DNA from: Candidatus Omnitrophota bacterium
GTDB lineage: Bacteria > Omnitrophota > Gorgyraeia > Gygaellales > Profunditerraquicolaceae
Length of the DNA stretch: 64,000 bases
Direction of reading: 5' to 3'
Assembly: GCA_041650835.1 (NCBI GenBank)
Contig: JBAZKL010000003.1
Coordinates: forward strand, 227,682 to 291,681
This document shows, piece after piece, positions 10,288-19,016 of the stretch (its first letter is position 1; each line of letters opens with the position of its first letter). The notes beneath the pieces are model-generated. The model searched no databases and was not told the DNA's origin. It worked only from the letters and a program-made list of their open reading frames with translations. The position numbers and the translations under genes were made by a program.

Positions 10288-11759
10288 TCGTGTAAAACAC
10301 TCCGCGGGAAACCGCGCGCTTTGAGGTGTTTTTTCCAGGAGCGCCCCAGGCCGATCAATCTGAAATAGTCAAAACGCTGCTGCAGCTTCTCCCTTAAAAC
10401 AATGGAAAACCTCCTCAAAGACCTTGTTTTTCCCAAAAAAGACACCAAAAGGAACAAAGATTCTAAATATATATGTATCCTGCCGAAGTATTTTTTTCGC
10501 ATAACGGCATAAACCGGATATATGAGCTTCTTAAGCCAGAATAGTTCGGAAATAATCCCTTTATCTTTGGCTTCCCGGTAGAGGACTGTGCCGGGGAAAA
10601 TGATCAAAGGCGTAATTTTGAAATAATAAGGATTTAATTCGTTTAAAGCGCGGGCTGTTTCTAATACGGCACGGTATCCCTGCCCGGGCCATCCCACAAT
10701 TACATTGGCCCTGGTCATGATACCCAAACGCTTAGCCTCATACACCATATCACGGGCTTTGTCAAAAAGAAAACGGCGATTGACGGCTTGCAAAACCCCG
10801 GGAGCGCCCGACTCAAGGCCGAATATGATATGAGATACTCCCGCTTCTTTCATTTTCCTTAAAAGGCCCTTGTCCAGAAGATCAATCCGCGCGTCAATGT
10901 AGAAGCGAAAGTTAAAATCTTCACGACTGACCAAATCAAACAATTCATGGCTATGCTTCAAATCAGCGGTTAAACAATCGTCATTAAAAACAATCTCGTG
11001 CGGATTAAATGTATTTTTCAAATAACGAAGTTCCGCAACAATATTTTGTGCCGAGCGCCTCCTCCAGCGGGCCCCGAAAAAATCAGCTGCCGAGCAAAAC
11101 GAACAAGAATACATGCAGCCCCGAGAGGCAAGGACATTAAAACGCCTCACCGCGCCGCCGATCGCAGCGATATCATCATAACAGGGAAAAGGGAGGCTAT
11201 CCAAATCGCTGATACATTCCCTGAGCGGTCCTTCGGATACTCTGCCTCGGGGATCCCTTCCTGAAACGCCGGCGATCTCTCGCGGGCAGCCCGCCGTTGA
11301 CAAATGGTCTAAAAGCCGCCTGAAGCTCTCCTCCCCTTCACCGCGCACGATATAATCGATAAACGGGTATTCTTTCAGGATTTGTTCACGAAGATACGTG
11401 GCATGTTGGCCGCCAAGAACCACCAGAATCTTTGGATCATACATTTTTACGGCCTCAGCCATGGCAAAAGAAGAAAAACGGTAACCGGTCAAACAGGGAA
11501 TTCCCACGACATCGGGGCGGATCTCTTCAATAAACCCGAGAAGCTCCATTTGGCCTGATCGAGAGAGCCGCCGGATAAATGTCCCGGGATAATCATGCCG
11601 CTTCAGATACGCCTGAAGGTACATGAGCCCCAAAGGAAAGAAACCCTGCGCCCGTAATTCTCCCGGCGGTTCAATCAAAAGTATCTTCATTGATACCAGT
11701 CCCCTTGTCTTTACGAAAAATAAATTTACCCGTGTTTTACTGATCAGTAACGAGTACAA
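10284..11759 (-). CDS. B12-binding domain radical SAM protein (putative C-methyltransferase)
   Basis: 491 aa; N-terminal cobalamin-binding-like domain (MKILLIEPPG...GLMYLQAYL), CxxxCxxC cluster CMYSCSFC. Confidence 0.75.
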   Translation of the reverse strand: MYSLLISKTRVNLFFVKTRGLVSMKILLIEPPGELRAQGFFPLGLMYLQAYLKRHDYPGTFIRRLSRSGQMELLGFIEEIRPDVVGIPCLTGYRFSSFAMAEAVKMYDPKILVVLGGQHATYLREQILKEYPFIDYIVRGEGEESFRRLLDHLSTAGCPREIAGVSGRDPRGRVSEGPLRECISDLDSLPFPCYDDIAAIGGAVRRFNVLASRGCMYSCSFCSAADFFGARWRRRSAQNIVAELRYLKNTFNPHEIVFNDDCLTADLKHSHELFDLVSREDFNFRFYIDARIDLLDKGLLRKMKEAGVSHIIFGLESGAPGVLQAVNRRFLFDKARDMVYEAKRLGIMTRANVIVGWPGQGYRAVLETARALNELNPYYFKITPLIIFPGTVLYREAKDKGIISELFWLKKLIYPVYAVMRKKYFGRIHIYLESLFLLVSFLGKTRSLRRFSIVLREKLQQRFDYFRLIGLGRSWKKHLKARGFPRSVLHE

Positions 11760-11871
11760 CGCGCCTCGATGCCCTTACCATTAACTCTTGTCCGGGAACT
11801 ATCGGCTATTGGCTCCCGGCATCTTGCGCTCAGGCTCTACCGTCCCCCCTCTACCATCCAATCGATCGAGC

Positions 11872-13239
11872 CTATGTAAAATCGCACCGCAGATAACTAT
11901 CCCGGATATATTTCAACGCCGAGTGAACCCTCACCCACGAAAGCATGGAGAATCTCCTCCAAGACCTTGTCTTGCAGAGAAAAAACAGCATCAAGAAATA
12001 ACTTTCAAGCATTAAAATAACCGCTCCCCACAAACCGCTTTCCATGATGCCATACACAGGATAAACCGGTTTTTTAAGCCAAAACTCTTCCCTAATAATC
12101 CCCTTTTTTTTAGATTCCTCATAAAGGGCTGAACCGGGAAGTATAACTAAAAGGTATGTTCTGAAATAATAGGGGTTTAGTTCACATAACTGGCGGGCCG
12201 TTTCTATAAGAGACTGCCAATCTCTCTGCGGCCAGCCGACGATAACATTAGCGCACGTCATAATACCGAGTCGAGCGGTTTCCTTGAGCGCCGACTTTGA
12301 TTCCGCGGAAGGAAGATTGCGATTCACCTTTTTTAATATACGAGCGCTGCCGGATTCAAGGCCAAACGCCAAATGGACCACCCCCGCCGCTTTCATCAAC
12401 CGCAAAAGTTTCTTATCCAAGAAATTATAGTGGGTTTGAACTTCAAACTCGAAACCGAAATCTTCACAGGCTATAGCTTCAAACAATTCGCAGCTATGGC
12501 GCATATTTGCCGTCAGCAAATCATCGTTAAACGTGATCCGTTTTACCTTAAAATTCTGCTTCAAATAGCTTAGCTCCGCGACAACACTTTTCACGGACCG
12601 GAACCTTCTTTGATAGCCATAGAAGGCGGTCGCGGAACAAAAAGTGCAGTGAAACAAACATCCTCGAGAAGTCAGGATACTGAAGCGCGGCAAAAACCCT
12701 CTCCGAAGGCAGATATCGTCATAACAGGGGAACGGCAGGCGATCCAAATCCACGATAGATCCTCTCACCGGCCCATCAAGGAACTGGCCGCGATGATCCC
12801 GTAACGAGATGCCGGGGATAGCCTCAAAAACATTTTTTTCCAAGCGTATATGATCGAGAAGCTCTTTTAAACTGACCTCGCCTTCCCCTTTAACGACATA
12901 ATCAACAAATGGATACGCGCCAAGAATTTGTTGCCGGAGGTAGGTCGCATGATGCCCTCCCAGAATAACCCGTATTCGCGGATTATATGCCTTAGCCTCC
13001 CGGGCCAGCGCAAGTGTCAGGAATCGAGAACCTGACAAGCAGGGGATACCCAAAACATCGGGGTCAAGTGTTTTGAGAAGCTTAAGGAATTCTTTTCTTT
13101 TTATATTATTTACCCATCTTAAAGAAGTCAACGGATAACCGTTTTGTTTAAGATACGACTGGAGATACATTAATCCTAACGGCAGGTAGGATTTTGTTGC
13201 GCCGGCAGTACCATGAGGATCTAATAATAAGATTTTCAT
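11872..13239 (-). CDS. B12-binding domain radical SAM protein (paralog of upstream gene)
   Basis: 455 aa; MKILLLDPHG...GLMYLQSYL, CxxxCxxC cluster CLFHCTFC; clear paralogy with 10284-11759. Confidence 0.75.
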   Translation of the reverse strand: MKILLLDPHGTAGATKSYLPLGLMYLQSYLKQNGYPLTSLRWVNNIKRKEFLKLLKTLDPDVLGIPCLSGSRFLTLALAREAKAYNPRIRVILGGHHATYLRQQILGAYPFVDYVVKGEGEVSLKELLDHIRLEKNVFEAIPGISLRDHRGQFLDGPVRGSIVDLDRLPFPCYDDICLRRGFLPRFSILTSRGCLFHCTFCSATAFYGYQRRFRSVKSVVAELSYLKQNFKVKRITFNDDLLTANMRHSCELFEAIACEDFGFEFEVQTHYNFLDKKLLRLMKAAGVVHLAFGLESGSARILKKVNRNLPSAESKSALKETARLGIMTCANVIVGWPQRDWQSLIETARQLCELNPYYFRTYLLVILPGSALYEESKKKGIIREEFWLKKPVYPVYGIMESGLWGAVILMLESYFLMLFFLCKTRSWRRFSMLSWVRVHSALKYIRDSYLRCDFT

Positions 13240-13336
13240 TCGGGATAATTGCGACTTTTATTAAAGAAATATCATCTGATAAACAAGACATACTGCCGAT
13301 AACGACAGTATACACAAACAGCGACGGTGAAGTATC

Positions 13337-14128
13337 CTACTTTTTCCGGGCATTAAAGATCAGGAACCAGGCAGTGATATAATGAACTTTTGTTTTACCC
13401 AGGCTGTACCGGTTGAGCCGGCCGATCAGTATCCTGCACAATCCTTTAAGACCTATTTTATTCAAAAATTTGATAGTGCCGTTAAAAAACGGCGGAATAT
13501 GGACTATGGGTTCATGTGATTGCACACAAAATCCCGCCTCCTCCAGAAAACTGCTCAAACCGGCTGCCGTATAGCGGCTACTCACCGGAAACGGGATCTT
13601 GCGGATAAAAAATGAAATTTGGCACAATAATTTAAATAAAAGGTTGTGCCGGTTATTGACCGAAATAACTAAAATACCTCCCGGTTTGAGAATTCTATAC
13701 GCTTCTTTCAGCCCCCTGCGAATATCACGGCTGCTTAAGTAACCGTAGGTATTGGAAGAAACAACCAGGTCAAATACCGAATTTTTAAAAGGCGTATCGG
13801 CCACATCGCACGAAACCCAGGAAATCGCCGGAGAGCAAAATCTTTCTTTTGCTTGAGCTGCAATTTGCGGAGATATATCCACGCCGACAGTACTGCGGCT
13901 ATGCGCCCCTAACCAATCTATGATATGATCCGCGCCAAAAGCCTCTTCAAAAGCATCTGTTTTGAGAACGCGGTCAAAAAAGCCTCCTCCCCACTGTTCC
14001 AGGAGACGGAAAAATTCCCCTTGCTTATATCGGCCAAGGCCGGGATCAATGTAATAAGCTCTCCGGCGCATCATTGCCTGACACACGCTGTCCCAGAATT
14101 GCGATCCTCTTTTCCCGGAACCCCTCAT
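13337..14128 (-). CDS. class I SAM-dependent methyltransferase
   Basis: 263 aa; motif LKPGGILVISV and glycine-rich SAM loop. Confidence 0.6.
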   Translation of the reverse strand: MRGSGKRGSQFWDSVCQAMMRRRAYYIDPGLGRYKQGEFFRLLEQWGGGFFDRVLKTDAFEEAFGADHIIDWLGAHSRSTVGVDISPQIAAQAKERFCSPAISWVSCDVADTPFKNSVFDLVVSSNTYGYLSSRDIRRGLKEAYRILKPGGILVISVNNRHNLLFKLLCQISFFIRKIPFPVSSRYTAAGLSSFLEEAGFCVQSHEPIVHIPPFFNGTIKFLNKIGLKGLCRILIGRLNRYSLGKTKVHYITAWFLIFNARKK

Positions 14129-14190
14129 ATATAACCCTTTATTGTATTAATAATACGGCAGATAATACACGGCCCACGGATGGCCATGAA

Positions 14191-15135
14191 CTATTGACCG
14201 TGAGTTGCCGGCCGGACATTAACACACTGATGATATTGATTTTGATGCATCTGCTTCCAGAGGCGGGAGAACGAAAGCTCCAGGAGATTCCCGCTTTTAT
14301 GATGAATGAACGGACAGGGATAAAGATCTCCGTAAGGACTGATATAAACCTTCTCCGTTCCCGCCGGACAAATACCTTTGCGGTAACAGGTTTCAGTATC
14401 CATGGTAATGAATTTTTTCTTAAGCCATTGCTTTACTAACGAATAATCTTTTTGGTCGAGCATTACAGGATCATGCCTCCACCCGCCGACTTGCGCCGGG
14501 AGCACAAGCGACAAGAAACAAGCATTCTCAGACGCTATTTGAGCCAGATCTTTCAATCTGCGCGAATTCAATACTTCTTTTGTCACAACCACATTCAGAA
14601 GGACTTCTATATTAAGACCCTTAGCCCGGCGAATACGCGACAAGAGCGTATCAAAACTGCCTTCGATGCCGGTTTCACGATCGTGTTCTGCGGCGGAGGA
14701 GCTGGAAATCCCGAATTGAATAACATCAAGGCCTGCATGCTTCAACCGCTCAAAAAGCGCGTCATCCAGGAGCAGTCCGTTGGTAGCAAGAGAAACAATT
14801 ACCGGCATCCTGCTTAAATCTGCCACAATATCCGCTATATCCGCCCTTAATAAAGGTTCGCCGCCGGTCACATTAATAAAAATACACCCCAACCCCACCA
14901 TCTCCCGGCAAACCGCAATAATAGATCCCCGTGTCATCTCCTGCCGGCGCCCGTCAACCAATGTCCGGCAGGAGCACTTGCTGCAGTGCGCCTGACAACG
15001 ATATGTCACTGCTATTTCCGCCCCGCGCAGGACCTTCTTGCCGAAAACATTGGTTTTGATCATCCCTTTTATCGCGGGGAACGCGATCGCGGGCTTTCGA
15101 GAGGCAAGTGCGATATATTTCAACATCCGTTCCAT
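14191..15135 (-). CDS. radical SAM / SPASM-domain protein
   Basis: 314 aa; CQAHCSKC (CxxxCxxC) near N-terminus; C-terminal Cys-rich CYRKGICPAG...YPCPF segment typical of SPASM/twitch auxiliary cluster. Confidence 0.7.
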   Translation of the reverse strand: MERMLKYIALASRKPAIAFPAIKGMIKTNVFGKKVLRGAEIAVTYRCQAHCSKCSCRTLVDGRRQEMTRGSIIAVCREMVGLGCIFINVTGGEPLLRADIADIVADLSRMPVIVSLATNGLLLDDALFERLKHAGLDVIQFGISSSSAAEHDRETGIEGSFDTLLSRIRRAKGLNIEVLLNVVVTKEVLNSRRLKDLAQIASENACFLSLVLPAQVGGWRHDPVMLDQKDYSLVKQWLKKKFITMDTETCYRKGICPAGTEKVYISPYGDLYPCPFIHHKSGNLLELSFSRLWKQMHQNQYHQCVNVRPATHGQ

Positions 15136-15136
15136 T

Positions 15137-15820
15137 TCAATTCTTTTTGAGGACCAGGAAAATAGTTAACAAAGCTATATTCCCGTTTTCAAGTATATTA
15201 AATCCGTTAAAAAGCCGCGCGAGCCCTTTAAGGTTAAAGACGCTCACATGGCCGCAGTGATATTTATAGTATTCATCCTTATCTTTCCACCACTTGAATC
15301 TGCACCATAAAGGAAAAATGAACTGCCAGAGCCCCGGGAGCTTCCCGTAGGGGACAGAAACTATCAAAATCCCGTCTTTTTTAAGGACACGAAACACTTC
15401 ATTAATAATACAAGCATGGGATTCCAGGTGCTCTAATATTTCGGTCATGACCACAATGTCTATACTCGCGTCCTTCAAAGGCACCGAGTTGAACACGTCG
15501 GCATTAACCGGGAAGAAGTGTTTAACATGGTCTTTATTATAGCACAACATCGATTCGCAGATATCAATACCGATCACCGGTACTTCACCGGTGTTCCACA
15601 GGCAATTACCGCACCCAATATCAAGGACGAGACCTCCCGGGCGGTAATATTTTTTAACTAACCTTCGCGTCTTAAGTTGTCTTTGTTTAAACCATGCGCC
15701 TCTTAAACCGCCGCGGGACATTTGTTGAAGGTAATAGGTTGCCGGCTGGACAGAATACATTGATTTATGCATACGCTTTTTAGAATTCAAACAAATCGAC
15801 GGTGATACCGTCAATTTCAA
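15137..15820 (-). CDS. class I SAM-dependent methyltransferase
   Basis: 227 aa; VLDIGCGNC SAM-binding motif. Confidence 0.65.
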   Translation of the reverse strand: MKLTVSPSICLNSKKRMHKSMYSVQPATYYLQQMSRGGLRGAWFKQRQLKTRRLVKKYYRPGGLVLDIGCGNCLWNTGEVPVIGIDICESMLCYNKDHVKHFFPVNADVFNSVPLKDASIDIVVMTEILEHLESHACIINEVFRVLKKDGILIVSVPYGKLPGLWQFIFPLWCRFKWWKDKDEYYKYHCGHVSVFNLKGLARLFNGFNILENGNIALLTIFLVLKKN

Positions 15821-17363
15821 AAGTCTTTATTTTCCGACAACACCGCGACATAAAGGACCTCACCAAAAAAGCATTAGCGGTATGCTCCACAGCCTGCCCT
15901 CGGTACCAGGTAGTAGTCACCAGCCAATACCGGGATATCCCCTCTCTTTTATTACCCTCCAACCAACCCTCACTCAGCACCTGCATACTCGCTTCTTTAG
16001 AAAATTTGGCGGCGATACGAGATTCAAAAAAATTCTTGGCCATAAATTCAGGCACACAAACCAACTTATGCGTCATTTCATCTTTTGACGCTCCCCTATT
16101 ATTATTAACAAAAAAACTATAGTACTGGAACGGCAAGGGAAAATCCCTGTTTGAGAAAAGAATACACTCATGCCTCTGATAATGGCCGGTTAGAAATCTG
16201 ACGGCAGCCTGGTAAGGATGCTTAAAGGGGACTCCCACATGCATGCGGCTCCAGAATTCACCCGCCCGGAGACATCGCTCTTCATTGGTATCAGTATAAT
16301 AGAAGATAGCCGCGGCAATTAACGGCAGAAAAAGCGCCGCAAAAAGGGCCTTCTTCAAAAACAGGTTCTTTAAACTATTCAACGACAGTATTAATCCCAC
16401 ATAGAAAAACGGAGAAATAAAAGCAAAAAACCTGTCAACATAGATCGAAACGGATAATTTTGAAAAAACGAAACCGAAAACAACAGGCAGGAAAACAAGG
16501 GACTTGATCATTCCCATACGCGGGCCATGAGCCAGCCCAAGTATTATCAGTAAAACCGCGGTCAAGCTTAAACTTATGGAATTAAAAAAGGGGAGCCGGT
16601 TATAGCCGAATAACATATTGTTAAAAGTGATCAGCGGGCTTATCCACAGCGGAACGGGCGCCCAAAAGGAAATCTGTTTAAAAAAATCAGCCTGCGCCAT
16701 AAAAACACGCAGGCATAATACCAGGCTCACCAGCAATGCCGCCATGCAGAAAAACGCCAGCCTTTTATCAAGGCTCCGAAAATGCAGGACAACAAAAAAC
16801 AACAGAAAAAACCCAAGCCTATAATCAGTACAGACGGATAGGACTAAGACAAAAAAACAAGAATAGGCGTATCGTATGCGAGGAGCGGCCACATAACGCG
16901 TAAACACATACCAAAACAAAATTGCTTCAAAAATAATAAACGAGTAACTGCGCGCCTCCTGGGAATACCATATCTGAAACGGTGAAAGTATAAAGATCAG
17001 GGAAACCAGCCACGCGGCTTTCCTGTTTCCCACCATAGCAACCAGCCGAAACAAAGGATAAAGAGAAGCCGCGCTAAAAAACGCTGAAGGAAGGCGTAAG
17101 GAAAAAAGGCTGTTCCCAAAAAACGATGTCCAATTTTTAAGGAACCAGGGATATATAAACGGGTTAAAATCGAAAATTTGAGCGTTTTTGAAAAAACCTA
17201 TCGCCCCAAAGAAAGAATAGGCTTCATCATACCAGATATCATGAAAACTCAAACGAAACATCCTGGTACCCAAAGTGATAAGTGTCAAAATAAGAATAGC
17301 GATCTTATCATTCTGGATAAACAGAAGAAGCCTCTTGATTCGCAGGGAAAAAGAACCTTCCAT
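15780..17363 (-). CDS. ArnT/PMT-like membrane glycosyltransferase (GT39/GT83 family)
   Basis: 527 aa polytopic membrane protein; N-proximal DIWYDEAYSF (DE motif loop) characteristic of polyprenyl-phosphate-sugar dependent GT-C enzymes; AAGGAG SD before ATG. Confidence 0.6.
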   Translation of the reverse strand: MEGSFSLRIKRLLLFIQNDKIAILILTLITLGTRMFRLSFHDIWYDEAYSFFGAIGFFKNAQIFDFNPFIYPWFLKNWTSFFGNSLFSLRLPSAFFSAASLYPLFRLVAMVGNRKAAWLVSLIFILSPFQIWYSQEARSYSFIIFEAILFWYVFTRYVAAPRIRYAYSCFFVLVLSVCTDYRLGFFLLFFVVLHFRSLDKRLAFFCMAALLVSLVLCLRVFMAQADFFKQISFWAPVPLWISPLITFNNMLFGYNRLPFFNSISLSLTAVLLIILGLAHGPRMGMIKSLVFLPVVFGFVFSKLSVSIYVDRFFAFISPFFYVGLILSLNSLKNLFLKKALFAALFLPLIAAAIFYYTDTNEERCLRAGEFWSRMHVGVPFKHPYQAAVRFLTGHYQRHECILFSNRDFPLPFQYYSFFVNNNRGASKDEMTHKLVCVPEFMAKNFFESRIAAKFSKEASMQVLSEGWLEGNKREGISRYWLVTTTWYRGQAVEHTANAFLVRSFMSRCCRKIKTFEIDGITVDLFEF

Positions 17364-17582
17364 ATAATGCGCGCTCCTTAAGCTTTTGGGCCAGAGAAAC
17401 CGGGCATGACTTACAGCAGGATCGTTTGCATAGCGCTTACTAAATCATATTATTATAACACATCGGAAAGACAAAAATAAGCTTAAACAAGATCGGGATT
17501 ATCGAAGAGCCATTAAGAAACAAAAGAAGATATAACCGGAGAATACATCAAGATGTTAATACTGAACTGTGAGGAATGGATC

Positions 17583-17690
17583 ACACTACCTTTGGTTTCC
17601 GACAGTAAATAAAAAAAGGAATAATCATAAAACGACTATCCCTTTCTTTTTAAAACTATTCAACTAAACACGGCTCTGGCTCGTTCATGA
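17583..17690. repeat. ~105-bp direct repeat copy A (CACACTACC...AACACGGCTCTGGCTCG)
   Basis: About 93% identical to 18088-18192; a shorter third copy of the 5' portion lies at 17806-17832. Confidence 0.8.
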
Positions 17691-17751
17691 GCGCATAACT
17701 TACGCGACCGAAGCAAGCGTAAGTTATATGCGCGAATGAATCCCGAGCTTC
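17683..17751. repeat. hairpin element, divergent member of the ...TTCATGA...TCATTCATCCCGAGCT family
   Basis: Inverted repeat GCGCATAACTTACGC / GCGTAAGTTATATGCGC followed by GAATGAATCCCGAGCTTCCC; shares the ATCCCGAGCT tail with copies at 28671 and 30806. Confidence 0.45.
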
Positions 17752-18087
17752 CCTTTCTTTACTATCAGGAGCGAGGGATCTGCTTCATTACGCTATGGAT
17801 TACACTACCCCTCGTTTCCAACAGTAAAACGAGAGAAACTCGGGGTTAATTCCCGACAATTAAAACGCGGGGAATTAACGGGGTCGACGGGATTTTCCTT
17901 CGACGCACTCGCTTGATTCAATTACAATCACTGTAAGTCGCTCGTTTGCTCAGGATGCATCCTCTTATACAAACAAAAACTCGCTGTTTGTGCCCGAATA
18001 ATGGGCAAACGACGCGAGTTAAATTATCTCAAAACAAAAAAATATATTTGTTCAGTAGTGAGTGAGCCCCGCTTTTGGCGGGGCGCG

Positions 18088-18192
18088 TCACACTACCCCT
18101 CGTTTCCAACATAAATAAAAAAAGGAATAATCATAAAACGACTATCCCTTTCTTTTTAAAACTATTCAACTAAACACGGCTCTGGCTCGTCA
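18088..18192. repeat. ~105-bp direct repeat copy B
   Basis: Near-identical to 17583-17690. Confidence 0.8.
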
Positions 18193-18231
18193 GAGCCTCG
18201 CTCAAGAGCCGTTGTTTCTTCCCTAAATGTT

Positions 18232-18268
18232 GCGAAAAACCATCTCCTTACGGTTGATGGTTTTTCGC
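18232..18268 (-). terminator. stem-loop (13-bp perfect stem GCGAAAAACCATC/GATGGTTTTTCGC) just 3' of tRNA-Asp, nested in a 78-bp palindrome (18209-18286)
   Basis: Perfect inverted repeat; U-rich 3' arm on minus strand; outer arms CCGTTGTTTCTTCC/GGAAGAAACAACGG. Confidence 0.4.
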
Positions 18269-18283
18269 TAGAGGAAGAAACAA

Positions 18284-18359
18284 CGGGGTCGACGGGATTT
18301 GAACCCGCGATCTTCGCCGTGACAGGGCGACGTGTTAAACCGAGCTACACCACGACCCC
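18284..18359 (-). tRNA. tRNA-Asp (anticodon GTC)
   Basis: Cloverleaf: acceptor GGGGTCG/CGACCCC, anticodon arm TCGCC-CTGTCAC-GGCGA, T-loop GGTTCAAATCC; no encoded CCA. Confidence 0.9.
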
Positions 18360-18385
18360 AAAAATACAGAAATTAGATCAAAGAA

Positions 18386-18748
18386 TCAAGAGTTAAGATT
18401 ATGTAAAAGCTTACTAAGGATTTTAATAACTTCGATATTTTGCTCTTCTATAACCCTTAATGCATCTTTATCAGCGCCAATACTTTTAGAATCTTTTAAA
18501 ATCTGGAGCCAATTGTCAAGTTCGTAACTTGAACTAAGCGCTATTTCAAAATAGCTTCTTTTTTTATTAATCGAGCTAACTGCATTGCCTTCAGCAATAT
18601 TTGCTCCGACTGAAGTTGCTGAACTGGTACATTGTACCACAATCCTTGAATATTTAAAGTCAATTTTTTCGACCAACTCAATGATCTTAAGAGCATTATC
18701 ATGGGCTTTTTGCCATGCAATCAACTTTCTATAAGTAGGCTCCCCCAT
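18386..18748 (-). CDS. four-helix-bundle protein (TIGR02436-like, 23S rRNA intervening-sequence protein family)
   Basis: 120 aa; YRKLIAWQKAHDNALKIIEL N-terminus typical of family; AT-rich gene flanked by two tRNAs. Confidence 0.6.
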   Translation of the reverse strand: MGEPTYRKLIAWQKAHDNALKIIELVEKIDFKYSRIVVQCTSSATSVGANIAEGNAVSSINKKRSYFEIALSSSYELDNWLQILKDSKSIGADKDALRVIEEQNIEVIKILSKLLHNLNS

Positions 18749-18787
18749 ACTCTATATTCTTGACTCTATATTCTTGATTCTGAATTA

Positions 18788-18861
18788 ATGGGCGATAGAG
18801 GACTTGAACCCCTGACCCTCTGCGTGTAAAGCAGATGCTCTAACCAGCTGAGCTAATCGCC
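18788..18861 (-). tRNA. tRNA-Val (anticodon TAC)
   Basis: Acceptor GGGCGAT/ATCGCCC, D-loop AGCTCAGCTGGTTAGAGC, anticodon arm TCTGC-TTTACAC-GCAGA, T-loop GGTTCAAGTCC. Confidence 0.9.
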
Positions 18862-18891
18862 CTCAATTTCTCTCTCTTACAAGCCGGAAAT

Positions 18892-18934
18892 TGACTCCGA
18901 GCCTCCCGCTCAAAACTTCCCGGAGGCGAGGAGT
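18892..18934 (-). terminator. imperfect stem-loop downstream of atpK (candidate operon terminator)
   Basis: GACTCCGAGCCTCC ... GGAGGCGAGGAGTC inverted repeat (6+5 bp with internal loop); weak U-tract. Confidence 0.3.
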
Positions 18935-19016
18935 CTATATCTGCCTTTTAGGTATCCGAAGATTATAAAACAAAATCCACCCTAAAGCAAGTTTTCTTAT
19001 CGCTAAACGCTATACG

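Noticed and set aside
14191-15135. rSAM-SPASM as anaerobic sulfatase-maturating enzyme for the two sulfatase-like genes
   Set aside because: Both sulfatase-like proteins have Thr in place of the C/S-x-P-x-R formylglycine target (TPISQ, TVPAS), so they are not anSME substrates
17440-17480. Sigma70-like promoter for the island operon (TTGTCT ... TATAAT on minus strand)
   Set aside because: Spacer between the hexamers is only ~13 nt; not reported as a feature
848-17580. RiPP precursor peptide gene in the rSAM/ATP-grasp island
   Set aside because: All intergenic gaps were scanned on both strands; the only candidate (48 codons, 13240-13336 minus strand) overlaps the B12-rSAM start out of frame, lacks an RBS and has no leader/core-like features
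17400-18400. CRISPR array or active prophage/integrative element at tRNA-Asp
   Set aside because: Repeats are irregular in length and spacing (no repeat-spacer periodicity), no cas genes, no integrase or phage genes; interpreted as att scar plus dispersed repeats instead
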